Shown: positions 1-12,820 of the stretch, one piece after another
Layout of the letters: every line of letters begins with the position of its first letter
How positions within the stretch are numbered: position 1 is the stretch's first letter
DNA from: Chiloscyllium plagiosum
Lineage: Eukaryota
Assembly: GCF_004010195.1 (NCBI RefSeq)
Contig: NC_057718.1
Span: 88,699,728-88,763,727 of the forward strand
Direction: 5' to 3'
Length of the DNA stretch: 64,000 bases
Position numbers and translations under genes: made by a program
Notes under the pieces: model-generated
What the model saw: only the letters and a program-made list of their open reading frames with translations
The model's database searches: none
Told to the model about the DNA's origin: nothing

Positions 1-882
1 ACATTTAAAACTAGAATGTTATGCCATGTTAAACAGCAAATACACACAATCGTGGAGTCTGAGGAAGAGCTTCTATTACAGCCAATGAGCTGCACAGCAT
101 AGAAAGAGGCAGCCACTTGTGTCATCAAACACGTACCTATTCTAGTCTCATTTTCCCGCACTGGTCTGGTACCTTTCTATCTATGGTACTTCAGGTGTTC
201 ATCTAAATACTCATTGTGATGGTTCCCACCTAAACCTTCCTTTGTGGCAGAGAGTACCAAATATTTATTCATATTCTGAGTGAAACCATTCTATCTTAAA
301 TCCCCACTAAACATCCCAAGACCACAACTGATCAAAGCACTTTCAAATCACTTTCCTGGGTACCCCCTCCACACCTCGACTCTCTTATTAATCAAGAATC
401 CATCTACCTCAGTCTGAAATGAACCTGCCTCACTGTCTTCTGGGGAAGACAATTTCACACTCTCAAATCAGAAGGAAATTTTTGTCATCTGTCTTCAATT
501 GGAAACCCCTTATTTTTAAGCCATGCCCCCCAGTTCCAATCTCTACTACAAAGAGAAGCAATTTTGTCAAGTGCATGCTTATCCTTTAGTGGTGTACAAC
601 TATGCCAACTCAAATAAAGCTTTCACACATTCCATATGTTGGTTAAAATTGACCTACTCACTGAAAGTAAGCACTTCCATTGTGACTCAAGACATTACAG
701 TTCTACACCACTACCCCTAACAATGCATCATATTATAAAGAAGTCATTATCATTGACAACAATCCAAAGATATGTTCATTTGAATTCCTGCTGGAGGGTG
801 AAATATTTACACAACATCAAAAGGAAGCACACGTCAGACATAGACAGCAGAGATTATGTGAATCCTTACAGTATAATGGCAG

Positions 883-2572
883 TAGGAGCAAACTTAAGAG
901 GGAAATCATAAGGGCAAAAGGGGAATGTGAGATAGCTTTGGCAAACATGGCTAAGGAGAATCCAAAGGGATTTTATAAATATATTAAGGACAAAAGGTAA
1001 TGAGGGAGAGAATAGGGCCCCTCAAAGATCAACAAGGCAACCTACGTGTGGAACCGCAGGAAATGGGGAGGTGCTACATGAGTATTTCGCAGCAGTGTTT
1101 ACTGTTGAGATGGACATGGAAGATAGGAATGTGGGGAAATAGATAGCGACAACTTGAAAAAATATTAGAGGCGGTGGTGCTGGACATCTTAAAACTCAAA
1201 AATGAATAAATCCCTAGGAATTGATCCCCTAAAACTCTGTGGGAAGCTAGGGAGTGATTGTTGGGCCTCTGGCTGAGATATTTGGATCATCAATAGTGAC
1301 AGGTGAAGTGCCAGAAGACTGGAGGTTGGCTAACGTGATGCCACTATTTAAGAAACTTGTAAGGAAAAGTTTGGAACTGTAGACTGGTGAGCCTGACATC
1401 GGTGGTGGGCAAATTATTGGAGGGAATCCTGAAGGACAGGATTTACATGTATTTGGAAAGTCAAGGAATGATTAGGGATAGTCAACAATGCTTTGTGTGT
1501 GGGAAATCATGTCTCGTAAACTTGATTGAGTTTTTTGAAGAAGTAACTAAGAGGATAGAGAGTGGTGGTAGAGGGTTGCTTTTCAGACTGGAGGCATATG
1601 ACCAGTGGTGTGCCACAAGGATCGGTGCTGGGTCCACAGCTTTTCATCATTTATATAAATGATTTGGATGTGAACATAAGAGGTATAGTTAGTAAGTTTG
1701 CAGATGACACCAAAATTGGAGGTGTAGTGGACAGCGAAAAAGGTTACCTCAGAGTACAACAGGATCTTGATTAGTTGGGCCACTGAGGAGTGGCAGATGG
1801 AGTTTAATTCAGATAAATGTGAGGTGCTGCATTTTGGAAAGGCAAATCAGAGCAGGACATATACACTTAATGGTAAGGTCCTGGGGAGTGTTACTGAACA
1901 AAGAGACCTTGGAGTGGAGGTTTACAGATCCTTGAAAGTTGAGTTGCAGGTAGATAGGATAGTGAAGGCGGAGTTAAGTGTGTTTTTCTTTATTAGTCAG
2001 ACCATTGAGTTTGGGAGTTGGGAGGTCACATTGCAGCTGTACAGGGCATTGGTTAGGCCATTTTTGAAATATTGTGTGCAATTCTAGTCTCCCTCCTCTT
2101 GGAAGGATGTTGTGAAACTTGAAAGGATTCAGAAAAGATTTACAAGGACGTTGCAAGGGTTGGTGGATTATGAACTATAGGGAGAGGCTGAACAGGCTGG
2201 GACTATTTTTTCTGGAGCATAGGAGGCTGAGTGGTCACCTTATAGAGGTTTATAAAATCATGAGGGGCATGGAGGAGTCCAGAACTAGAGGCATAGGTTT
2301 AGGGTGAGAGGGGAAACATTGAAAAGGGATCTCAAGGGCAACGTTTGCACACAGAGGGTGGTGCGTGTGTGGAATGAGCTGCCAGAGGAAGTGGTGGAGG
2401 CGAGCACAATTACAATATTTAAAAGGCATCTTGGTGGGCATATGAATAGGAAGGGTTTAGAGGGATATGGGCCAAGTGCTGTCAAATGGGACTAGATTAG
2501 ATTAGGATATCTGATCGGCATGGAAGAGTTAGACCGAAAGGTCTGTTTCTGTGCTGTGCATCTCTGACTCTA
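883..2572 (+). mobile_element. CR1-clade LINE, 5'-truncated, degenerate RT and 3' UTR
   Basis: Frameshifted ORFs [71 protein letters not shown]. Ends in a short ctctgactct-type tail. Confidence 0.9.
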
Positions 2573-4133
2573 AGTAACGCCAGAATAAATGTAACAAAGT
2601 AGAAAAGTATTCTGGTGTAGCATTTCTTACTGGCTGAGCACAGATCTTAAAAGGAAAGAGAAGAGGAATTATTTCAACGAACTGTAACATGCTGTACAAC
2701 ACAGAGAAAGAGAAGAATGAGATGTGACTGAAAAAAATGTTTCCAGTGAGATCTGTCAAATGCTCTGTTTTTTTTATATACTGTGGAATTGAAATACAAC
2801 CCAGCCCTTTTCATCGGATCAAATCAGGATCTTCTCTACAGACCAGCCTTCAGGCTTTTTCCCCAGGCAGAAATAGTCATGTACTGCACTTGTACCAAAC
2901 TTCAGAACACCAGCTGCACAGATTTTTCAAGCATTCATCAATAAAGCACAACTGTCTTGTTCAAAAAAAATAGACATTTCCTTTTAGCTTTCAAAATAAG
3001 GAATCAAAATAATTCATTTAAAAGCACTCTACAATTTGATTGCTTAGAATCCCTACAGTGTGGAAGCAGGCTATTTGGCCCATCAAGTCCACACCAACCC
3101 CACGAAGAGCATCCCACCCAGTAGTAGTGTTCCAAACTCTAAGCCAAATCAGTTCTCCAAGCATGGGGAAATACCTGTTTCTAAAGTAAAACTTCGAGCC
3201 TTATTCAAATCGATTTTAAAAAGCCTTAGTTGAGCTCTTGTGGCTCAGTGAGAATGTCCCTTCCTCTGGGTCAGAAGGTCTGAGTTTTAAGTTCCAACTG
3301 TTCCAGAGATGTTTCACAACATGTCCTAAAGGTTGATTAAAAGGGTATAAAAGTGCCTCATTTTGTTTTCTCGATATTTTCTAATCAACCCACCTCAGAA
3401 ATGTTATGACACATCCTCGAGTAAGTGGGAATTGAACCTTGGCCACATGCTCAGAGGTAGGGACACTATCACTCTGCCTCAAGACTCCTTAGTTAGTTTT
3501 ATTCGAAGCATTTTAATCGCATCAATAAGTACCCAGATAGTAGGTCCTCAAATAGCTTTCTGCTGGCATCCACATGTATCTTTGATAAACTCAGAAGTGG
3601 GTGTATTGGAGCCAGGTTGTACTTCTGTTCAGTGACCAATAATTTATAACTATCCTAGCCACAAACTCTTGTGAATTAAAATTTAACATCAACTCTCACT
3701 GGTCAGTTAATCTGTTTTCTTTCCCTTCATATCCTCCATCTCTGTCATTTTCCATCTCAGTTGCTCCTTTAATCACAAGAGCAAAACAATCTAGAATATG
3801 GATCTCTATAGTAACAGCGATCACAACTTGATGAGTACTCTCCATCTGAAAAGCAAATACTACTAGCTTGTTGTTCTTTATCTATTCTCCAAACTGAAAT
3901 CCACTGACAAGTATTACAGAGAAATGCTCCATCTTGTGGTTCAACCAAGAACTGGTGACTGCACCAATCCATTTGGACATCATTGGCATCTAATTCAAAT
4001 AATCAAACTTATTGCTTTTAAGCATGAATAAAAAGAGATACTGGGACACAGTATTTTAATTTTATTGACCTATATAATATAGCAAACCTAAAGAGTAGTC
4101 CATTAACAATAAAACCTAAAACATTTTGTTTAC

Positions 4134-4544
4134 CTCCACATCTGCAAGAGCTGGCTGGTTGGTCCTTGATGGCTGTTTGGTCCGAGGGCCTTTAAGAGGT
4201 CTTTTGGGTGACAGTACTTTCTGTTTGGGAATCATTTTATTGCTGCTTGTCACAGTGGAATAAAACAGTTTCCTTACGTTTGCACATTGCACACAATTTA
4301 GAGATTGCCAATGCAGCATTGGCACAAAAGCTGTCCCTTTTGGGTTGAGAGAGCCTAGAACCAGCCTATAGTCTGGTGATCTTCCATTTTGGCCTTTCCA
4401 TTGGCAGCACAGAGCATTTCTTTGAAAATTGCTATTGGGCCTAATCCCAAGGAGCGGAACAGTTCCCAGAGAGGATCGCAAACAGGAAGTTCTTTTCATC
4501 AAATGTGCAGATAGTTCCAAGATTCTGAGCAATCTGACAGTCAT
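4134..4544 (-). CDS. RMND1: RMND1 first coding exon (mitochondrial translation factor); later exons lie left of the window
   Basis: ATG at 4544 gives MTVRLLRILELS...PKRPLKGPRTKQPSRTNQPALADVE, matching the recalled RMND1 motif KRPLKASRTRQPSRTNLP. GT donor directly after GAG (4133-4132). Acceptor AG at 4564-4563 with a pyrimidine tract, so the exon is 4134-4562. Head-to-head with ARMT1, as in other vertebrates. Confidence 0.9.
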
Positions 4545-5122
4545 GGTTAGTGGACAATCAATCTAAAGTGGGAAAAAATATTTTTTTTGGAGAATTTATA
4601 TTCATTACAATGGAAGCATTATTACTGTTTCTTATCACTTCTCTCACATAAGCTATCATCATTCATCTGTATTTGAAAAGTAAAATCATCTTCAAAGTAG
4701 GAGATAAAAACTGTGTTATTGATACAAATCAATTAATTGCTCTGAACTGCTGAGTAAGCACTTAGTGTATTATATTTAAATTAGGCCTGAAAGGATTATT
4801 AACTATCTGCCTTTCTCTGATATCATCATGCCATCATTTACCCAATCATATAAGCTAAAAATATCTGATTTAAATAGTAACCATCTTGTAGGAAATGCAA
4901 AGTAAAATCCCGATCTATTATAAATCAGTTCCAAGTGTCACTTGCGTGTGCTGACAAAATAAATTGAATACAATGTTACTATGAGATTGCAGGATTTTCA
5001 CTATTTTCCTCTGAAAACTGGAAGCCACCAGCCTTGTTCACTGTATAATGAATTTCTGCAGATCATTTTCAATATAGCATAATCAGGAGAGTGACAGAGG
5101 GTGAATGTGCAATTATATATTT

Positions 5123-6615
5123 TAGAACATAGAACATTACAGCGCAGTACAGGCCCTTCGGCCCTCAATCTGAAACCAACCTGAAGCCTATCTAACCTAC
5201 ACTATTCCATTCTCGTCCACATGCCCATCCTATGACCAATTAAATGTCTGTAAAGTTGGAGAGTCTACAACTGCTGCAGGCAGTGCATTCTACGCCACTA
5301 CTACTGCTGTGAGTAAAGAAACTACCTCTGACATCAGTCCTTTATCTATCACCGCTCATTTTGAAGCTATGCCGCCTCGTGCTAGCCATCACCATCCGAG
5401 GGAAAAGGCTCTCACTGTCCACCCGATCTAACCCTCTGATTATCTTATATGTCTCAGTTAAGTCTTTCAACCTCCTTCTCTCTAATGAAAACAGCCTCAA
5501 GTCCCTCAACCTTTCCTCGTAAAACCTTCCCTCCGTACCAGGCAACACCCTAATAAACCTCCTCTGAACCCTTTCCAAAGCTCCCACATCCTTTCTGTAA
5601 TGCAGTGACCAGAACTGCACACAATACTCCAAGTGCAACCGCACCAGAGTTTTGTACAGCTGCTGCATGACCTCATGGTTCCGAAACTCGATCCCTCTAT
5701 TAATAAAAGCTAACACACCATATGCCTTCTAAACAGCCCTATCTATGTGCATGGACACCGAGATCTCTCTGCGCATCTACACTTCTAAGAATCTGATCAT
5801 TCTTGTTATTCCTTCCAAAGTGAATCATCTTACACTTTTCCGCATTAAATTCCATTTGTCACCTCTCAGCCCAGCTCTGCAGCTTACCTATGTGCTTCTG
5901 TAACCTACAACATTCTTCAGCACTATCCATAACTATACCAACCTTAGTGTCATCCTCAAATTTACTAACCCATCCTTCTACGCCCTCATCCAAGTTGTTT
6001 ATAAAAATGACAAACAGCAGTGGACCCAAAACAGATCCCTGCGGTACACCACTAGTAACTGTCTTCTTTCAGCTAGCCAATTTCTGATCCAAACTGCTAA
6101 ATTGCCCTCAATCCCATGCCTCCGTATTTTGTGCAGTAGCCTATCATGGGGAACCTTATCAAACACCTTAATGAAATCCATATACACATCAACGGCTTTA
6201 CCCTCATCCACCTGTTTGGTCACCTTCTCAAAGAACTTAATAAGGTTTGTGAGGCATGACCTACCCTTCACAAAACCACATTGACTATCCCTAATCAACT
6301 TATTCCTATCAAGATAATTTCCAACACTTTACCCACAATCGAAGTAAGGTCCACTGGTCTCTAATCACCAGGGTTGTCTCTACTCCCCTTCTTGAACAAG
6401 GGAACAACATTTGCTATATTCCAGTCTTCTCGCACTATTCCTGTAGACAATGGCGACAAAAAGATCAAAGCCAAAGGCTCAGCAATCTCCTCCCTGGCTT
6501 CCCAGAGAATCCTTGGATAAATCCCATCCTGCCCAGGGGATTTATCTATTTTCACACTTTCCAGAATTTCTAACACCTCCTCCTTGTGAACCTCAATTGC
6601 ATCTAGTCTAGTAGC
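5123..6615 (-). mobile_element. CR1-clade LINE fragment
   Basis: Minus-strand ORFs DKSPGQDGIYPRILWEAREEIAEPL, GFVKGRSCLTNLI, LYKTLVRLHLEYCVQFWS. Tail (agaacat)n at the left end. Confidence 0.9.
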
Positions 6616-9600
6616 TTAATTAGATACAGTAATGAAAATGTATAACTAAAATCACATGATCAACAAAATTAAGATTACTGAACTATGGAGCTATACTAAA
6701 TTAATGGAACAGTAAAAAATATTGGAAAGAAAAGAGAAAATGGGGACGAAGTGGAATTACAGTATTACCTCTAAGAACTTGTACCAGTCTTTCTTGTTAA
6801 GTAGTAGAAGCTAAGCTATAGTTAGTTACTCTATTTAAAAGTAGCCAAAATATGTTTTATATGGTTTTACAGAACAGGGTAATCTGTACATACCAGATAA
6901 GCATAATTTCAGTTTTCAGGACTGGAGCTGTTGGTGGTAAATTTCTTCAGTTCTCGACAAGGACATTGAAATCAGCATCAGTACAATCATAGAACTGAGT
7001 GGCCACTTTCAAAACAAAAGAAAACACAGAAAGTTAGACCCAAATTAACGAATTCAATAAATCTAGGCCCCCCCATTTTTAAACCACTTCATCGACTGAC
7101 AGAAGCAACATTGACTGTAGTCATGTAACTTATACAGTATCCTTTCCTATTGGATGAACGTAATGAGAAGCTCCAAGGAAATTTAAAGAGTCACATTACT
7201 TCAGATAGTCCAGTTTTAAAGAGATTTTTTAGCAATGCACAAAATAAACTTGAAAAATTAATTCATTTTAATTACTGGATTTGTCACCGTATGCTCACAA
7301 TGTATTGCTGAAATCTTAATTGCTCAAAATGCAAATATACTATCTTGGGTATTGGTTTTGATAGAAACTGAAGGAGCATAGTTCTTGAGAGAGGAAAAAT
7401 AAAAGTTAGCAATGACCAAGTAGCAGAAACAGAGGAGAGAGAGGATAAGGATCAAAAGGAAATCAAAATAACGGGGTTAGCTCTGGAGGGGTCGAGAAGT
7501 GGACATACAAATGGACAATGCTGAAACACAAATTAAGCAGCATGGAAGAGATTAGCAGGAATACACTGAGGTCATTAACAAAGACAACAATAACCCCTGC
7601 ATTTATAAAAATGCCTTAATATAATAAAGCATCCCAAGATATCTTACAGTAACATTTTAAAACAAAATATGGCACTGAGCCACATAAGATGATATGAGGG
7701 TTATGGTCAAAGAGGCAGATTTAATACACGTCCTGAGGATGAAGAGAGGTAGAGCTGATAAGTTCTGACATTTCTTCTCTAAACCTAAGGCCTTGGTAGC
7801 CAAAGGTATAGTTACCAAATCTGACTCAATTAAAATTAGAGATGAGTAAGAAACTAAATGGGAATTCCCACCTTGGTGTCCTCCTACTTCTCATCTGCTA
7901 AATATCTAACAGACAATTTAAACCATTTAGAAACAGTAAAGTGGGTCAAGACAAACGTGGTGAGGTAGACTGACACTGCCCAGATTTACAATGTGCTTTC
8001 TGATGGTATCATCAAGGGAAAGTATGCAGGAATGAAATATGAGGGGCCAAGGATAGATCCCAGAGGCAATATCACAACAAAAGGCATGTGAAGTGAGGTT
8101 TCTTGATGAAGCAAGCATGGTGTAAATATTGTGATAAGTAGTATTGATTTAACTAGGTCTGATAAGTCTGATCATAACTGTTGCTATTGATGTGCATTTG
8201 CTTTGAAATGAAAAGTTCAACAATTTATATCTGGTCTGTCTTATCAAGTATTTTCACAGTCTGCCTTTATCAAGAAATTGAAGTATACAAGGAAAATATA
8301 CAACTATTAGATCATAAGGCCTGTTGTTAAAACTGTGGTCTATGTCATCATTTACTGGACATTGCAGGTATACACCACTTTGGAAAAGGTTCAAACAACT
8401 TTGAGTGATTAGCACTGCTATATCCAAGAGAAAACACAAGGTAAAATCTGCCAGTTGTATCAGATATTTTATAAAAACTATTCTCCACAAGAAGTTTTAC
8501 ACGCTTACTTAAGTGCAGCAAATACCTCATTGATAAGCTAAGTTTGGTGCCCCTACTACACCAATTGCAATCTCCTTACAGGGAAATGATTAATAAGTAG
8601 CACAACATTTAAATTAAAAAACACTTCTTGCAAACTGTGTTTAATTATTAAAAAGTCACAGAAAATTGCTTATTTTGTTGTTCAGCAAGTCATCACAGAG
8701 TTATTTTGATATCAAAAGATATGTTGCTTCAGCTCTCATCTTCACTAATCTCTCTTCAATGATGTTGTAAAAGTTTTTTTTGTACTTGTGCTAATTCACT
8801 TTATTATTCTATTTCTCTCTACCAAAATGGAACAGATTGATAGGACACCCAGAACCAAAGAGATGTAGAATGGGTGTAAACAAAGGTGAAAAGAAGATGG
8901 TCCACTCTTTTGACAGCAAAGTCAACAAAGACATGACTCTGTGTTGTGCACATGGGAAAAGGTGGGTTACACAAGAAAAACCAAAGACAAAGCGATTATA
9001 CTGTAAAGGTACAGAATTTAATACTGAATCCTAAAATCTTTAAGTGCCTAAGCAGAAAATGAGGTATCTAACTTGCATTGTGCTTCTTTGGGATACAGAA
9101 GCAGGCCCAAGTCAAATGTATGCTTGGGAGCACATTGATCTATTGAAATAACCAGCAACTGGAAGGTTGAGGCCATTCTTACAAATGGGGAGGTGTTCCA
9201 CAAAATAGTAATGTGGTCTGCTTTTGGTCTTGCTAATGTTAAGGAGATAGCACTGTGAGCAGCAAATAGACTAAATTGAAATAAGAAAGCCACTGATTTT
9301 ATTACCAAGAGAATAATGTTGTCCAAAAAAAAGTGGCTGGGCAAAGACCTCAGCAATATCTCAAATAAATATGTGCCAGTATATCATTCCCCACAACAAT
9401 GCATACAACAAGTGACCCTATGGGCTTTGCTGCTACTTTGTGAGAGAAGAAACACACGAGTGCAAGGGCAAGTGACAAAACGCGCGTGCGCAGTCGGTTG
9501 GGGGCTACGGGGAAAGGTTCCGGTGGATCCAATTGCAACTAATTCCCAGGTCAACAAAAACATCACCCAGGCTGCCTTCTCACACCACCACCATCCCTTG

Positions 9601-9710
9601 GTGATCGGCAACACCTTTCTTCGTTCACGCACCTCAATCACTGATCTCTTCCTCACGGTCCCTAATCGCCATCCTCACACTCAGTCGATTCTGAAACCTC
9701 CTAACCACGC

Positions 9711-10020
9711 TCGCGCTTTTCCCCGACACCCCTCAATTCGCGCACGCGCAATGGACCTCGGTTTCACTCGTGCTTTTGCCCAGCTCTCCCCTCAATTCGC
9801 GCACGCGCAATGTGCTTCGGTTTCACTCGTGCGTTTCCCCAGCTCCCCCCCAATTCGCGCACGCGCAATGTGCTTCGGTTTCACTCGTGCGTTTCCCAAG
9901 CCCACCCGTCAATTCGCGCACGCGCAATGGGCTTCGGTTTCAATCGCGCTTTTCCCAAGCCCTCCCGTCAATTCGCGCACGCGCAATGGGCTTCGGTTTC
10001 AATCGCGCTTTTCCCCAGCT
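9711..10020. repeat. ~59-bp tandem minisatellite, 5 units plus a partial unit; a sixth unit lies at 10185-10222
   Basis: CAATTCGCGCACGCGCAATG starts at 9734, 9793, 9851, 9910 and 9969 (spacing 59, 58, 59, 59), with a variant at 10185. Confidence 0.95.
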
Positions 10021-10289
10021 TTGTATTAGTGGTGCGGGAAGAGCACAGCAAGGAGAGGGTGGAGTGGATAGGTGGAAAAGGAGATAGGCAGGTAGGACAA
10101 GGCATGGGGACAGTGCTGAGCTGGAAGTTTGGAACCAGGGTGAGGTGGGGGAAGGGGAAGTGAGGAAACTGTTGAAGGCCCCCTCAATTGGCGCACGCGC
10201 AATGGGCCTCGGTTTCACCCGCGTCGCCTTGTGTGACGTCACTTCCCGCTGCTGGCCCCGTTCCCCTCGGTGGACGCCAGTGGGGTAAG

Positions 10290-10357
10290 ATGGCAGCGCG
10301 GCCGAAGACGGTGTCGGGGGTGGATGTGCCGGACTCGCTCTCGGCGAAGTACACCGG
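10290..10357 (+). CDS. ARMT1: ARMT1 exon 1 (damage-control phosphatase, DUF89 family)
   Basis: MAARPKTVSGVDVPDSLSAKYTG, similar to the recalled human VPASLSGQDVG. Phase-2 donor GG|gtctgt joins exon 2 in frame (GG+A = Gly). Confidence 0.85.
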
Positions 10358-11349
10358 GTCTGTAGTTCTTTTCCGAAAACAAATGCCAAAGAAAGGCTGA
10401 AGTGTACGCGTGACGCCGATCCTATCCCGTTCTCTTCCCCCCCCCCCCCCCAGTCAGGTTCTTCAACACCATCAGAAAGCGAGTCGCGCTGCTCTTCTGA
10501 TGGACGAGTATACTAATGTCACACAGCACTATAATCTAAACCAGCACAGTTCATACAAAGAACGGAAAACAAAAACCTTCTCTGGAAGGTTCACAAATCC
10601 GGCCTCAACCCAGAGAGCTAGAGCTCGGCCGGCGCCTGTGCACCAGGCTTCAAGTGTCTGTGGGATTGAGGTTGCACAAGAAAGAGGCTTCAGTAGCATC
10701 TCAGCCCAAGTACAGGCTCTGTATGGTCTAAGAAATATCGCGAATGAAGGGGAAGAACGAGAGATCCTCGAGCGTGCTCGCACAGGCTGTTTCCTGTTTT
10801 TTTTTAATTTCGGAGGGAATAGTTTTTAAAAACAAAAACTCCTCGCCCAAAGCACCAAGAACCTATCAACAAGTGAGATTTTATTTTTAAAAAATTGCCC
10901 TGACAGAATTTGTTTCCTTTGATTGCTTAGGCTGGATCGCTTTATGAGAGAAAATGATGTGCTTTTGATGACCTCAGAATGCTCCAAGGATTTAAGAGGG
11001 GATTTAGGCTATTTGGCCATTCAAGCCTGTTTTACTGTTCAATAAGGTCATGACTGACCTGATTGTGTTTTCATCCCCAATTTTCTGTCTGCCTCCCCTA
11101 GAGTAGTTCTGGACTTCCTTGTCTTTAAAAAAAATCCAGCGTTGACCTGAATAAAGTTAATGACACAGCCTTCACAATTTTGAGGAAGAAAATTCCATAA
11201 ACTAACAACCTTCTGATAGAGGAAAAAATAATTTTCATCAAAAGTGTTTTCCAGCTGCTTTATTCCTAGTAAGCAGTGTGGTACTGAGTGCCTAACTGAG
11301 GGTATGATCCACTAAATCATGTAGTACAATCACTGAATATATAAGAATA

Positions 11350-11688
11350 ATGAGGGGCATGGATTGGTGAATAATCAAGGTATTTTCACAGATTAGGGGT
11401 GTCCAAAACTAGAAAAGCACAGGGAAAAAGATTTAAAATGGACTTAAGTTTCAACTTATTGATGCAGAAGGGTGGTGTCTGTGTGTATGGAATGAGCTGC
11501 TGGAGGTGGTAGCGGTTCATACAGTTACAACATTTAGAAGGCATCTACATGTTTATACGAATAGGATGGATTTAGAGGGTTTTGGGCCAAATGCTGGCAA
11601 ATGGGACTAGATTAATTTAGGACACTGGTTGGTATGGGTGAGTTGGGCCACAGGGTCTGTTTCTGTGCTGTACTTCTCTAGGACTCTA
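11350..11688 (+). mobile_element. CR1 3' end fragment
   Basis: Matches the 3' end of the other CR1 copies in the window (tatggaatgagctg...gggactagatt...tctgtttctgtgctgtac). Confidence 0.8.
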
Positions 11689-12479
11689 AAGATCCAGTGG
11701 TCCAAAACTGGTCATGTTTAGGTGCTGTAGGCCATCAGCAGCAGCAGAAATACATACAACTTCATTTTTAGCTTCATAATGACTGACATATTCTTCACTC
11801 CTCTATCATAGTCAAGCCAGGTGACCAAGACTGATTCAAGTAGGAATAAAGACATGCACATGAACACATGTGGAGAGTAGTATCAGACATACCTGAAAAT
11901 TATGTGCCAAACTGGTGATTTTATAATGTAAGATTATAGCATTTTAAGCAGTGGCAGTAAAATGCCACTTTTGGCTATGTAAGGAACAGACCAGTTTAAA
12001 AACTCTGCAGTTCTGTCACAACTAAATGTAAAAATGTTGACATCACAAGGAGGTTTATTGGCTTTACCATTCTCCATATTGACAATACAGCACAACTGAG
12101 TGCAAAAAGGAGATGAAGCATTTGGCAGGATGATCTTCCGTCAGGATTGTTGTGTGGATAATCCATCTCCGCTTGCACCTGTGCTGCCGCCCCCCCCCCA
12201 GTCACAACTACAAGTTACACCGACTGAACAATGTAGATACTTGTCCTCTCACAAGCAGGCAAATTCCATCAGGTAAATTTCCATCTCATCAGCAATATGG
12301 TTAAAGGATTCATCAGCAGAACATCACAGTTACAAACTGCTCGCTGGTGTTCAGTTTTTTTGGATTCCATCAGAACCACTCAGATCCAGGTTTCACTGTC
12401 TGGTTCACACTGTTTACCTCACAAAATATCAAGGCAGTATTTGATCAAATGTGGTAACATAAGGAAAATCCCTCAGTAG

Positions 12480-12820
12480 CTAGAAAGCAAAGTAGTTGTC
12501 ATTGGAAGTCCACATCTAAGTCTCAGAACATTACTGCAGGAGTTGCTCAGGACAGCATCCTAGGCTCAGCTACTTTCAACTGCTTCAACATTGACCTTTC
12601 CCTTCATTGTAAGCTCAAGTGAGGCTACTTCCTGATCATTGCACAACACATAAAATCATTCCCAATTCTTCAGCCAATGAAATAGTCCAAACCTGTATTC
12701 ACAAAAACCTTGGCAACATCCAAGATAGGGCTGATAGAAAGACAAGTAATAATATTACACCAATGCTACTCAGTAAGAGAGCCAGACTACCTCCTCATGA
12801 TGTTTAGAGGCATTAGTATT
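12480..12820 (+). mobile_element. Old non-LTR retrotransposon RT fragment (L2/CR1 group)
   Basis: Translates as TAGVAQDSILGSATFNCFNIDL, a decayed [16 protein letters not shown] motif. Confidence 0.55.

Larger units (their letters stand above)
9470..10800. promoter_or_regulatory. CpG island / bidirectional promoter of RMND1 and ARMT1
   Basis: Sharp rise in CpG and GC content in a CpG-poor background. Contains NRF1-type sites, a CRE palindrome (10234-10241), a YY1-like AAGATGGC and the ARMT1 start codon. Confidence 0.85.

Noticed and set aside
3690-3860. Minus-strand acceptor-like site followed by a short open frame inside the RMND1 intron
   Set aside because: The peptide does not match the expected next RMND1 exon (DLMHCTAFATADEY-like) and runs into a stop.
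8348-8530. 60-aa minus-strand ORF in RMND1 intron 1
   Set aside because: No recognisable homology and no convincing donor site.
9640-9720. Possible RMND1 non-coding exon 1 donors on the minus strand (gtgagg at about 9656 and 9678)
   Set aside because: Cannot choose between them or confirm either without transcript data.
9711-10020. CRISPR-like look of regularly spaced conserved cores
   Set aside because: The spacers are near-copies of each other, there are no cas genes, and the context is vertebrate. It is a minisatellite.
9316-10389. Long overlapping ORFs (237, 105, 117, 149 aa) with repeated FAHAQ/IRARAM/NSRTRN peptides
   Set aside because: By-products of the GC-rich 59-bp tandem repeat, whose length is not a multiple of three, so the three frames rotate. 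No support for coding.
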